A DNA stretch of 64,000 nucleotides from Cetorhinus maximus (lineage: Eukaryota), in assembly GCF_964194155.1 (NCBI RefSeq), contig NC_135885.1, positions 131,502,001-131,566,000 of the forward strand, given 5' to 3'. Below are positions 14,025 through 26,672 of the stretch, one piece after another. The notes below the pieces were generated by a model, which had not been told where the DNA came from, ran no database searches, and was given only the letters and a program-made list of their open reading frames with translations. The first letter of the stretch is position 1. Each line of letters opens with the position of its first letter. A program made the position numbers and the translations under genes.

Positions 14025-14470
14025 GCAACACAAAAACACCTTACATTCATATAGCATCCTTAAGTAGCAATGTCCCAAGGAATTCACAAAAGCATTACCA
14101 GACAAAGCTTCACACTGAGCCACAGAAAGAGACAGTAGGACAGGTAACCAAAAGTTTGATTTTTGTGGAGCGTCTTAAAGGGAGAGATAGATAGCAAGAT
14201 GTGTGTGTGGGGGGGAGGGTGGGAGGGGCGGGAGGAAGGGAGGAAATTCCAGAACTTAGGATGAAGGCAGATGGCGGTGTGGCTTCCAATGGTAGAACAA
14301 TGAAAATTGGCGGTGTGCAAGAGGCCAGAATTAGAGGAGTGTGGCGATCTTGGAGGGGTTTAAGGTTGGAGGAGTCTGCAGAGATAGGGAGGGTGAGGCC
14401 ATGGAGGGTTTTAAAATCCAGGGTAAGAATTTTAAAACTGAGATGTTGTCAGACTGGGAGCCACTGTGGT
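14025..14470 (-). mobile_element. L2 LINE 3' fragment
   Basis: Reverse complement of the L2 3' region seen at 11900-12300. Confidence 0.78.
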
Positions 14471-14641
14471 CCTCTGAATGGGACTTGTTCTGCACTGGGA
14501 CTCGAGCAACTCTCAGATTTTTAGATTAGTTCAAATTAATGAATATCATATAAAAACCACAATGAAGAATTCCAGTGCCACAATGGAACATTATACCATG
14601 GTTAAAATAAACGGATTTGTGGTTCAAGAGATACATCAGAG

Positions 14642-14813
14642 GTGATGTTCCCTCTAAGCGGATGTGCAGCAACCTGGGAGTAAGTGCACAGGTCGCTCAC
14701 AAATTGTCCCGTTTATGATAACTTGTGGATGTCCATGCAAAAAGACCGATTAAAAGTACCGCACGTTGAAACAAACAGGCCACACACAACACAAAAAAAA
14801 TAGAGGACACATT
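14642..14813. mobile_element. Possible short hAT-like MITE
   Basis: Imperfect TIR atgttccctcta / tagaggacacat; 8-bp TSD not clear. Confidence 0.35.
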
Positions 14814-15820
14814 GGCCAGAGATATATAATTTTTACACTGAGTCCACAGACTAGAGCCACGATATTAAATCTTTGCTCACATGTTTCCCCTATAATTTTG
14901 ATTCATCATGATTAATATTTTAAAAGAAACCTGCAGCATTTTCAACCAGAAATTACACAGAATTGCTCTTATTTAAGCTTCATTAATGGTAGACTTCATT
15001 TCATTATCTTTGCCATGACCTCAGAGAACAGAAGGAAAAAATTGCTATGTTGAAATAAATACCTTAACTACATCAAGGAAATAAAACAAATGACAATTTT
15101 GAGATGAAAATTGATGCACCAGGCACCAATTTTCAACCACGTGGGCTTTATTCATTTATTAATGAGCTCCATAAAGGCACCCTCTGTGTCAATGCACATG
15201 GGATAACCAACCAGACACCAACGGGCCATAAGCAGGGGCATTTCCAATGAACCCAGTGACAGAGTAATTCTGACGTGCAGAAGAGAAAATTCATGTCACA
15301 TCCTCCAGTGAGCACTAATTATATTGGCTTATTAATTTAACTTCAAGTGGTCTCATACATGAGGAGCTAAAGAGACATTACTGTTTCCAATTGATTGCGC
15401 TAAATATGCTAGAGTTTTAAAATGAATAGTCACCAGGTATCTCCTTTTTGCAAGTTTTGTTGTGCATAGCATGGAGACTTATAAATAACAGAAGCCAATT
15501 TTAATCCAATAAATAGGTGTAAGTTTACTTACAATCCATTAACTATTAAACATCATTTTTTATTTCTCACTGTAAATGCAGTTATTTATTCTCTGCATAA
15601 TATCTCCCAAATTTTACAAATATCTAAATCTTAATGTTGGTCATGCAATTGGGCATTTCCACCAGGTGGGCGCAAGCACTTAATGTGATTTTTCTTGCTG
15701 GTTTCTGCAGGGGAAGCAGCCCCACCCACACCATCCATTGTCCTGGAAATCCAAAACTGCAGTTAGACTGGAGGGACTTTTGGGGAGCTCTGAAAGTGCT
15801 GTGAAACAGCTCACCCCCAG

Positions 15821-16450
15821 GTATTTCCGGTCGGCGAGCGGGGGCGGGGCCCGCTCGCCGACACGTTAAATGACACGGGTACACGTCGGCCATGCGTCCC
15901 GGCACCGCCTCGCGTCATTTAGATTTTCAGTTTGTCCTATGAAGGCCATTAAAAAACTAATTAACCTGATTGATGGACCTGCCTGTCCAACCTGGAGCCT
16001 AGGCGGGCTTCGGAAATAGCATGGAACCTCATCCACGGGCGGGATGGGGTTTCATGAGGGTCTTTAAATTTTTACGAAAGGTTTCAACGAAAGCTATGGG
16101 CATGACCCAACTCACATGACAGTGCCACATGAGGGGACATGGCAGGGAAATTTTTTAAACCTCTTTATTTAAAGTTTTAGATCGGAGATGATCTCCCTGC
16201 GACAGCACTTTGCCTCAGGGGGAATCTGTGCGCTCTTTCACGCGCACGCGCAAAATAGCGCACTCCCGGCTGAGGGAATACCCCCTCCCACCCGCACAGG
16301 GAGCGCATAGCGGACGTCATGCTGGGCTGGCCTTAACTGGCCTGCCCCTGTAAAATGGCGGTGCGCCCCCAATTGGGGGCGCCGATCGGAGGCCCGCCTG
16401 CCCGCGTCTGCTCCCGCTCTTCCTCCCCAACGGGGGAAAAATGTTGGCCT
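15821..16450. mobile_element. Harbinger-type MITE, family A (orientation A), left TIR eroded
   Basis: Reverse complement of the 5418 copy; same internal hairpins; ends gaaaaatgttggcct. Confidence 0.85.
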
Positions 16451-17715
16451 ATTAGTTCAGTACTGCTTTAAGCTCAAATGCAAACAAAGCATAGCACCGC
16501 ATGGATGTTTATGGTTCTGTTTTCATTGGGCAACCTTCATTTTTTATTGAAAGAGTCTCAAAAGCAAACCCAAATGCTGGAAGTGCACAGCTGATACATT
16601 GAAGCCATCAATCGCATACATATCGTTTACAAACATCTGGAATCACAGTTGTCTGACCAGGACTGTGTGTTCCTTTTAACGTCAAAAGGCGCTTTAACTG
16701 GTCACCAGTGCAGAACCGGGAACTTGCATTAATTGTGGACCATTCTGCTTTGAAATGAACGGAATCTCAATCGGGCTGCAGTGTTTCTGCCTCAGAATAG
16801 CAGAATTCCTTTGTTAAAGTTTTGTCAGCATTCTAATATGTAAGTTTAAAAAGCTGCAGAGAGAATAATTCTAGTGTTGGCTGCAGCATATCACGGAACC
16901 AGTGAAAGAAATCAATCTATTGTTATTTAACAAACAAAATTATACCCAAGAAGAAATTCATAAGCATAAGCTTGGTGTCAGAAACTATTCTAGCCCTCAA
17001 AGGTTAGACGGCCGCTCAAGATTGTGCAGGTCTTTTAGGGAGAAGATGACAAAAAAAAAGCCTTCTATTGCTGATGAATGAAAATGGGAAAGATGCCAGC
17101 TCTTTAATGCCATGGTTTTCATTTGAATTGTAATCACCAGCCCAGAATGGATGATTTACTAAGTGCTCAAATTCAGCTTCTGATAGCAAAGAAGGCGAGT
17201 GGTGTAAAATCAGATATTTGGCCGTTATGTGTGTTTTGATGGTCGTGTTAAGACTCTATGATGTGACAGATGTTTCACTGCACTATTGTGAAATGAGTAG
17301 ATTATGAGACGTAATTAGATGTACATAGGAATCAATGCTGTTATCATTGGAGCCCCCAGGCTATGCAGTAGATGACAATCGTGGCAGCAGGTGGTCGAAT
17401 GACTTGGAGACAGGAAGACACACCACAGGAGACTGAGTGGCAGGTTTCAGAGTTCTGGGGATGGGGGGGAGGGGGTGGGGTGAGTGAAAGATCTAAGCTA
17501 CAACATCCATTTGTACTGCTTCTGATTTATAAATAATACAAATATACAGCATTTCATAAAACAGATTACTACTTGTCTGTTCATTTTCCATCCTGTCGGC
17601 AGTTCATGAGTTTTACGTATCAGTACAGATTATTGCAATCAAGCTTGGGCATAAATTTAACCATTATTTCCAATGACCCTACTCCATATTGTAGTTCAAA
17701 GTTTATATTGCTTAT

Positions 17716-18072
17716 TCAGCTTTGCTCCAGTGGTAGCACTGAGGGGTCTGAGTGCTTGTGGGTTCAAGTCCCACTCCAGTGGCTTGAATTATGAAGCATT
17801 AAACCAAGGCCCCTTTTTCCTCTGAGATGGACTATTTTGAAGAAGATCCAGGTAGCTCCTTCCAAGTATTATTTATCCCTCAACTGACATCACTAAAGCA
17901 GATTAGCTTTTTGTTTTTATTATCTCATTGTTGTTTGTGGGACCTTGCTGTGCATAAATTGGCTGTTGTGTTTCCTTTGTTAGCCACTACACTTCAAAAG
18001 TGTTTTGGCTGTAAACTGCTTTGGGATGTCCCGAGGTAGTGAAAGGTGCTATATTAATGTAACTTCTTTCTT
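17716..18072 (+). mobile_element. tRNA-derived DeuSINE-type SINE (SacSINE1/AmnSINE-like), internally deleted
   Basis: B-box ggttcaagtcc, Deu-domain remnant ttaaaccaaggcccc and L2-like tail gaaaggtgctatattaatgtaacttctttc. Confidence 0.72.
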
Positions 18073-18248
18073 TCTATTCTACACCCTGCCCTCTCAGCTT
18101 CTTCCAGCAGAAGGTATATTGATTTTGTTTTTCTTTCTTGCCAAGGCTCTTCTCCACCGGGTTTACAGGCGTGGGTTAAGCCAATTCTTCTTGTTTTTCT
18201 GTGTCTCCCCTTAGGCTGGATTGCTTTACCAGTGCCCAGATTGCTCTT

Positions 18249-18668
18249 TACGAACATACGAATTAGGAGCAGGAGTAGGCCACTCGGCCCTCGAGTCTGC
18301 TGCACCATTCAATAGAATCATGGCTGATCTGACTATAACCTCACCTCCACATTCCAACCTACCCCGATAACCTTTCACCCCCGCCCTTGTTTATCAAGAA
18401 TCTAATCTGCCCCGCCTCAAAAATATCCAAAGTCCCTGCTTTCACCGCCTTTTGAAGAAGACAGTTCCAAAGACTCATGACCCTCCGAGGGAAAAAAACT
18501 TCTCTGCATCTCTTAAATGGGCGACTCCTTATTTTTAAACAGTGACCCCCCCCTAGTTCTAGATTCTCCCACGAGAAGAAACATCCTCCCCACACCCGCT
18601 TTGTCAAGACCCCTCAGGATCTTAAAGGTTTCAATCAAGTTGCCTGTAACTCTTCCAAACTCCAGCTG
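18249..18668 (-). mobile_element. CR1 LINE 3' fragment
   Basis: CR1 3' UTR and ORF2 end on the minus strand; flanked by the near-direct repeat CCAGTGCCC(A/G)GATT (18229-18242 and 18669-18682), a probable TSD. Confidence 0.85.
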
Positions 18669-18745
18669 CCAGTGCCCGGATTTTGGATAAGCACTGGATC
18701 AGGTTCAGTCCCCATGCCCAGAGATCGAGCCCGTTTGGTGCAGAG

Positions 18746-19575
18746 GTTTTTCTCAATTAAAAGGGGTCATTGGTGCTCCAAATTCAAAGAGGCGCCACTG
18801 ATCAGCATTAACAAAAAAAAAACGACAAAACTTTAAAGGAAGCTCGACAAATCAAATTCAAATGACATTCTTGAATATGGCGATGCCCTCCTGTCCTTCT
18901 GACTGCAGAAGGCCTCAAGTCTACCTTGTGCTGGCTCTCCAGGGATATCCAGGTGCGGATGTAACCGCGGAAGAGGGGCAGGCAATCGGGCTGGATGACC
19001 CCCTCCCCCACCTCCACCTCCACCCCACCCACTTGACTGCCCATTCATTGCCTAGACCTGTTGACAGCTAACTTGGCTGGGCCCAGGAGTAGTTCCATGA
19101 GGCGTTCCTCTTGATTTCCTTGCTCCCTGTCCCACACCGGATGGACACAGACAATGAATGTGCGACTGAAGTGCCATCAGATAATGGAAGAAAAGGGCTT
19201 CAACCTCTCACATTCTACGTACACCTGAAAAGCGGACTCCCCTAGGCTCCAGAAATTACAGACTCTCTGGGAGTCTGTGAATTGACGTCCAACCTGTTGC
19301 ACGGGACTGCTGTGTGCAACATCCTCCATGCTAAATCTCCAATGGACAAGGGCAGGATTTTTCACATAGAGAGTCCCCTACTGTGGACCGCTGTCTCCTT
19401 CAGTATGGAGTGCCCTGTGTTCTAACTTTTTGAAATGCAGTGTGGTCATAACGCAGGAATAACGCCGGTCCAGGATCTGACTGGGATGAGCGACTAGAGG
19501 GCCGCCTCTAGTACCACTTCTGAAACTGCAATCCAATATAAGTCATCAGGTTCGAGGAAGGAAGTGGGAACATTT
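18746..19575 (-). mobile_element. Tx1/L1-clade LINE 3' fragment (ORF2 C-terminal zinc-knuckle region plus 3' UTR)
   Basis: Minus-strand peptides QFTDSQRVCNFWSLGESAFQVYVECERLKP (decayed CCHC-type motif) and EGVIQPDCLPLFRGYIRTWISLE; T-rich UTR and short A tail. Confidence 0.75.
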
Positions 19576-20368
19576 AAATTCCAGTGTGTGTTTGCCTTGC
19601 TTGATCACGTACCAGGCTGCAGGTTTTAAAAATAACCTGTAACGAGCGTTTCTGGAGTGCAAAACCACATCTTTGAAATTGCTTGAAAGGACTTTTACAA
19701 GAGAAAAACTGCAGTGTGCTCACATGAAAATTGCCATTGTTCATATCCACCGTAGTTATGCAGGAATTTATCGCTTGCTCGTCTAAAAGCCTGAGGGTCT
19801 GGTTTGTCCAGTTCCCTCCTTTCCAAGGGTTACTTGCACGAGCGGAAAATGAAATTTCATAATGCGCAGATTCAACTTCATTCCCCGGGCCCAGTAAGGA
19901 TATTCCTCCCCTCCCAGTGCAGTTGGTATGGGTGAGTGTGAGGGGAATGGGGCAGTTGAAATTAAGGGTGGTGGGTGCCTTCGCTCAAATAGCCTCAAGG
20001 CATTTATGTTTTAAAATGTTTTTTTTTTCAGCCATCACAGATTCTCACACTGACTGGAAAATTGGGGACCAATAGGTTAACAAAGCAATGTGGACAGTGT
20101 GACTCACTCACACTGATGCTGCAGTTGATAGGAAATGATGATTTCAGGCACAAATTAAGTTGCAGTTAGTTGCATGAGTTTTACTTTGAGAAATGTGTCT
20201 CCCTTGCATTGCCTGCGTGGGTGAGTTTGTCTTGCCTGCTGTACAACCGAGCACTTGTTTAAAGATAGCAAAGATGTCGGGGGAAAGACGGAATATGTCT
20301 TATTTGGTTTATGTAAGGGCCATGGATTTTAGAAGTCTGAATAATGAAATCTCCAAAATATTATTTAT

Positions 20369-20480
20369 TACATAGTATTTACAGCACAGGAACGGGCCAT
20401 TCTGCCCAACAGGTCATAGCACTAGTTGTCTAGCTCCACATGGGCCTCACCTCACCTCATCTCACACCATCAACATGCTA
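20369..20480 (-). mobile_element. Short CR1-type 3' end
   Basis: tacagcacaggaacgggccattctgcccaac; related to the tail at 61800-61950. Confidence 0.6.
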
Positions 20481-20900
20481 TTTATTTACTTATTAAGTAA
20501 ATCTTGATGGATCTCTCCTCCCTTCACGATCCTCTGTATTGTTCATCACACAGCTGCACTGCACCCAAGACCTGATGCTCAAATTGTTGACAAATTGTTT
20601 ACTTGAAAGCCAAAATATAAAACAAACAGCACTGGGACTTGAAGATACATGTAAAGACGGCACCGAGGCAGCTCAGACTGATTGGCCTCACCACCCTGAC
20701 CGCCAGCAGCGAATACAATGCCGACCACTTCAATAAAACAAACATCAAACGGACAATTATTTGCTGCATCCCTGGTTTCTTCAAGCTACAGGTCAGTAGC
20801 TATTTCACATGCTGGTCACTGTTTCTGTTCTTTTCCAGCAAGGTTACTTCAAATATTTTGGGTACAGTGAGTGGGGAGGTCATGGGAGTAAAGAAATATC

Positions 20901-21599
20901 GGCCTGAATTTTACCTTTGGTGGGTGTGCGCAATCGGCAGCCTCAGGAGTGGCCAGGAAATGGACTGCCGACTGCGGTCAGGCCCCCCCAACGCGATCTC
21001 ACGCTGGCTGGCCAATTAGCGGCCGGCCAACATGAAATACACGCTGAAAAGCTCAGCGCTGCCGGGGTGGGGGAGGGAAGAGAGCGGGCAACGCGGGCAC
21101 GGGTGAGCGCTGCCAGAGAGCTGCCCGAAGGCAGACAGCTGCCTCAGGGAGCTGCAGACCTGAAAATGATAATATAAAGGTTTAAAAAAGCTGCAAAAAA
21201 AAAATGTCCACGGATCACAACCAAGCAGCTGAAAATATACCCGATGAAAATGCTGTCCACAGATATTCATTTTTATTTTGTTTCACAACGGAATTTTCAT
21301 CCCGCCCTTGGATGAGGCTTGATGAAAAATGTAAAGGCCGCCCGGCCGATTTGCTCGTTCCCCCAACCGCAAGGTTGAACAGGCCACGAAAAGTCAGAGA
21401 CAATTGCGCCGTTGATGGGCTTAATGGCCCTCTCAATGGTCAGCGGGCGCGCTTCTGGCTTTTGCGCGTGCCCGCCGAGCAAAACATCGCGCGAGTGCGT
21501 GAAGAGGTCGGGATGCTCGTCCGACGTCATCTAGCGCGGCTTTTACATCCGATCGGGTTTGGCACGCGCCCGCCCACGGTATGTAAAATTCTGCCTCCC
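20901..21599. mobile_element. Harbinger-type MITE, family A (orientation B)
   Basis: GGCCTGAATTTTAC / GTAAAATTCTGCC TIRs; probable TSD ATC (20898-20900 and 21600-21602); CpG-rich. Confidence 0.88.
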
Positions 21600-23097
21600 A
21601 TCCCTGTGCGTGATAATGATGCCACTACACTAAGATGCAGGGTGCAGAGATACCCACAGAAGAATCCACACATCATGAAAGGCATGTTGAAAAGTAAGTA
21701 AAGGGGGCAGAGATCAAATTATCGATGAATCAATATTAACCTTGCTCACGATTGATCAGTTACAAAAAAAAAAGACAATTCCAGAATCATTTGACCCACT
21801 CATATTACCATCAGAGCTCAGCCTGCTTTTTAAAATTTCATCCCTGACACTAACTTTGCTGGAGTAAAGCCTGATCACAGGCAAATGTGTAAGCGAGTTG
21901 CAATGCCCACGGAAAAGAAAATTAGAGAACGTCTGAGATGGCTTGCAATCCTATGGGGAATTTTTTTTTAAAGTGGGATGAAGCAAGGAGCAGTGGATGG
22001 CATGTAAATAGCTGAGGAACACAGCTCTTTACTTCAGCACTGACCCCTCATTACTTCAAAGCAAACACCCCAAATAGTAAAGTTGCTTTGCCGTTTCTCA
22101 CTTATCCCTGTGCCTGCTCTCCCAGCGTGCTCAGCTCCTGGTGATGTTTTGTAGCACAGATCCCAGCTGCCGCTGATATTTTCCCTCTAGCGCAGCATTT
22201 TATCCTGCTCTAGCCTGCACCTTCTCAACCGATCCACTTGTGATCTTTCCAGCAATTAACATATGCTTATTAACGTAAATTGTTTAAAGGTTTGCGGCTG
22301 CCACGGTTTACGAACTGTAACTGAGTCAAGAAACAAGATGGCAGCTTAGCCCCCTGCCTCTCTTCTAAATCTTTCAGCACCATCAAACGCATCGGGCATA
22401 ATTTTCTCAAATGATCTCTCTTTCCCAAGCAGTGTTGTACTTGTGCAGGTTTTGTCGACAAAGATTTACATGCTGCACATTAAGGCAGTGTTGGAGGAAG
22501 GCATAGTGAAATTTCATTTTGATGTATAGCGTACATTTATTATTTTACAGGCATGAGTTGTAATTCCACTGCCCTCAGGATCAATAATTTGAATGTGTTA
22601 AAAGAAATAAAAGATATTTCAGGAGTGATATAGCGCAAAACCTAGCACAGGGCACATTGTTCCGGAATTAATTTCAAGGGCTTTTTGTGGTTCTACAAGC
22701 TGCTGAATGCACAAAACCATCTCAATCGGCAGCTTGGGCTGATTTTTAACTTGAACCTTCAGTGTATTTCTTTTTTGGTCATCCATGCCTGTGTATTTCA
22801 CTGTTTCCAGTCACACCCTTCGAGAAATGTTTCTCTTATTTTCCCCCTCTTTCTAGGTCACTACTTTTCCTCCTTACGCTGCAGTTCTGCTTGTGTCAAT
22901 GTGGTGTCAGGTGGAGGTGGGCAGGGGGACTTAGAGGGTGGGAAAAAAATGTTCCTTCTCAAGTACCACCTAAATGTTGATTTGGTTCAATTGCTTGAGC
23001 TCTCATTTCTAAGCCAGAAAGCAGCAGGTTCTAAGTGCCAATACAGCACTTTGCGTAATTTAAACTGATACTTCAGACCAATAATAAAGAATATAAA

Positions 23098-23470
23098 GTT
23101 TTGCATTTATATAGCACTGTTCACAATCACCAGAGGTTTCATAATGCTGTACAGGCAATAGAGTACTTTTGAAGTGTAATCACTGTTGTAATGTAGGAAA
23201 TGTGGCAGCCAATTTATGCACAGTAAACTCCCATAAACAGCAACATGACAAACCAGGTCATCTGCTTTTGTGATGTTGATTGAGGGATAAATATTGGCCA
23301 GGACACTGGGGTAACTGCTTCTTTGAAATAGGATCATGGGATCTTTTATGTCCGCCTGAGGGGCAGACAGTAGCACAGCTTACCCAAAAGGCGGCACCTG
23401 TAATAGTGCAGCACTCCCTCAGTACTGCACTGGAGTGTCAGCATTGATTTTAGTGCTCAAGCCCTGGTGT
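23098..23470 (-). mobile_element. DeuSINE-type SINE
   Basis: ttgcatttatatagcact...gggataaatattggccaggacac...catgggatcttttatgtcc...gtgcagcactccctcagtactgcac. Confidence 0.85.
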
Positions 23471-23604
23471 AGGCATGCTGTATTTTAGATAAGATGTTTT
23501 ACAAGAGTCCCTGAATGTCAGGTGGACAATATCCCAAGTCAACATTTAAAATATAACAGAGAGTTGTCCTAAATGATATTTCTTTCCCACCCACGATATT
23601 CAAA

Positions 23605-23720
23605 CTTGACTGTTGGCCTGTTGTCTTTGTTTCTTTCTCCACAGATGCCACTAGTTGAGTATTTCCAGCATTTTCTGTTTTCATTTCAGACTTCCATCGT
23701 CCAAAGTATTTTGCTTTTGT
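23605..23720 (+). repeat. Short interspersed repeat end, probably Penelope-like-derived
   Basis: tctccacagatgcc...gagtatttccagcattttctgttttcatttcaga...agtattttgctttt; recognised from recall only. Confidence 0.45.
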
Positions 23721-24741
23721 CTATTCATTTGCTGCTCTGTGCGACCTTGTGTAACTGTCTGTTGTGTTTGCCCACAGCATGACCCTGACTACAGTTCAAG
23801 TTTAATTCATGCAAACATTGTGAGGACATGAAGGTTGTTATATAAGTACAAGCTTGTTCTTTCTTTCAGGATTGCTTTATGATCTATCCAAGCCAGGGCT
23901 GATTTGACCTAATTATTGCTCCAAAACCACTGAGGACTCCATTGTAGCATAGATAAGAAATTATGAAACTTCCTTCAATGAGAGCAGGTGACCTTGCTTA
24001 CCAGTCAGCCCTGTGATGTGAAATCATCCCTCTACAGGTTGGGGGTTTGTGTCACATGAACTAGAAGTGCCGGGCCATTGTGCTCTTTAATGACAGGGAT
24101 AAGAACTCAAACTAATTGCTGCAGTCCTTTAAAACATTCACACTATTTTTCATCTACACAGCCACGCTCTCTAAAAGCCAACTCAGAGTTTTCAGAATGC
24201 ATAGACAGTGGAATTTCAGTTCAGATCAATTCAAATTGGCTCAACTCAGCCTGTCCTTTCCAAGATTTGTTGAAATTAGATCGCTCTGGCTTGGCTTGTC
24301 TGAAACTGGTCTCTCTCCCATTTGAGTGAGCTCCAGTTGGTTTGATTAATTTGCTCGGCTTCATCATTACTGCTCTAGGATTGAAGAAGGGCTTGGCTTG
24401 TGGATCCGTCCCTGGTCAATCCCAAATTCTAATTCCTGTGGGGTGACTGTGCCAGCAACATGCTGAATTTGAAATGTCTTTGCCCTTCATTGATTTTAAA
24501 AGGGAAATACATTAATCCATATTTTTGTTCCAAGGCATTTGCCAACAAAGTTTTTAAGTCAGTCATATGAAATGCATAAGAGTGGCTCAAGGAGACTCAC
24601 CTGATTTGTTTTCCCTTTCTTGCATCTAAGTAGCTTTCACTTCACACATCTCTTCGACTGAGAGATATATTAATTACATATTAATATATTAATGACCACA
24701 GACAGCCATTAAGAGTAGTGTATGAACAGAGAAAGAAGATA

Positions 24742-25135
24742 AAATTGCATTTATGTATTTCCTTCTATGACCCTGTGACAATCCAAAGCTCTTCACAACT
24801 CATGAAGTACAAATGAAATGAATTGTTGTCATGATCGACAGTCAGTTTAGGTACAACAAGGTCCCACAAATAGCAATGAGATTAATGACCAGGTAGCATT
24901 TATTACAGAGAAGTTTTTTTAAGGAATAAATGTTAGCCAAGGCGCCAAGAGGACTCCCCCGTTAAAAATATGAAAATATCATGAGATCTTTTACGTCCTG
25001 AGAGGACTGACTATACCGTGACACCACTGACGCTGCAGCACTCCTTCAGTACTGCACTGAGATGTCAGCCTGCATTATGTGCTCATGACCTGCTGACTAC
25101 AGTTGAGTGTACTATCATTGAGCTACGGCTAGCAC
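24742..25135 (-). mobile_element. DeuSINE-type SINE, degenerate
   Basis: Colinear with the 23098 copy (gatcttttacgtcc; gcagcactccttcagtactgcac). Confidence 0.75.
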
Positions 25136-25324
25136 TAAGCAGAATGGAAGAGACAGGGGACAAGTTAAAATGAAAGACAACAAGAAAGCACATTAGGTTA
25201 TGGTCCCTAATTCCATAGAAACCACCATTCCCACACTATTCTCACTTTTACCTGGATTAGATTTAAGTGCTAGTTTCATATTTATTCATATGAAGGAAAT
25301 TTACCAGACTGAGCAGTCTAGTCG

Positions 25325-25605
25325 ATCCTCTCAGGATGTAAAAGATCTCATGGTATTTTCATATTTTTAACAGGGGAGCCCTCTTGGTGCACTGGCTAAC
25401 ATTTATTCCTTAAAAAAACTTCTCTCTAATAAATGCTACCTGGTCATTAATCTCATTGCTATTTGTGGGACCTTGCTGTATCTAAACTGACTGTCGATCA
25501 TGACAACAATTCATTTCATTTGTACTTCATGAGTTGTGAAGAGCTTTGGATTGTCACAGGGTCATGGAAGGAAATACAAAAATGCAATTGTATCTTCTTT
25601 CTTTG
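25325..25605 (+). mobile_element. DeuSINE-type SINE, 3' half
   Basis: ggatgtaaaagatctcatgg...ttgtgggaccttgctgt...aaatgcaattgtatcttctttctt. Confidence 0.7.
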
Positions 25606-26589
25606 TACACGTGAAAGTTATTGGTTGTACACGTGTGAAAGCTCTGATTCACAATGAATTTGATGACATTGTCAACACCATCAGTCCATACAGGTGCACG
25701 TACATGAGGGAACACTTTGCAGAATACACAGTACGGAAATTCATATCACAATTTGTGTAGCACCTCATCTAGGTATATAGAATTTACAACTTGGAAACAG
25801 GCCATTCATAGTTAGTTAAACACTAATCGTGGAAATGAGTTCTACATTCTCATAACACACTGTGTAAAGGAACCTCTCAATTTCTGTTCTAAAGCTCTGA
25901 CATTTAATCTTCACTGACATAACTAGTAACTTGATTTTTAGAAATGTTACTGCACAACTTGTGCTTTGAAACTGGTTAGGAAGATTCGTAATGTGCAGTA
26001 AAAGTCCTCTCCAACATTGGATATGGAGCCTCGCTGAATTTATCCATTCTTCCTGCTTCTGGCATAGTGGAGCTGCTACAAGGCTACGCAACTATAAAGC
26101 CACCACTTTATAAGGTCCCACTCCAATTGATACAAGTAAATGGGGAGACATGCTGATGAGAGCAGCACTAATGGAAGCATGAGACAGTTTGCATGTGAAC
26201 CTTCAATGTATTGACACATTTCCCTTACTACGATCAGATGTTTTACATGGGTCAAAGTGAGGGATGTTGGTCCTAATTTTAGTCCCAATCAGGCTCAGAT
26301 ACCAAGAGGAGGAACACTTAGTGTTATAATAGAGACAAAATATGTCATAAGTAACACACCTATGTAGTCACGTACAAGATACCTATCGCGATGCCAAGAG
26401 TCTCCCAAGTTACTGAGCTTTTCAAGTTGAGTAACTAGTACACACAGATTTATTCAGAATTATGAAGTTCAGTAAAAGACATTGACAATGGTCACCTAAT
26501 ATAGTGTAACCCTGGCCTCATATGCTCATTGTTAGTGCTAATCGAGTTAACTTGTTTGCTGCATTTGCCATCTAAAACCAATGGTTCAC

Positions 26590-26672
26590 CTTGTACCAAA
26601 CCATATTACCCTGTACTAGATCCCATCATCTTGTGCTAAACCATTTCAGCCTGTATTAGATCAATTTATCTT
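26590..26672. repeat. Degenerate 40-bp tandem duplication
   Basis: cttgtaccaaaccatattaccctgtactagatcccatcat followed by cttgtgctaaaccatttcagcctgtattagatcaatttat. Confidence 0.6.

Noticed and set aside
18185-18230. Strong polypyrimidine tract plus AG splice acceptor
   Set aside because: Immediately followed by CR1 and Tx1 debris; no supportable exon.
20639-20790. Possible coding exon ending CAG|GTCAGT
   Set aside because: No convincing acceptor or recognisable protein similarity; the longer ORF runs into a MITE.
21204-21701. 165-aa ORF as a host gene
   Set aside because: Lies almost entirely within a GC-rich MITE and shows no domain motifs.
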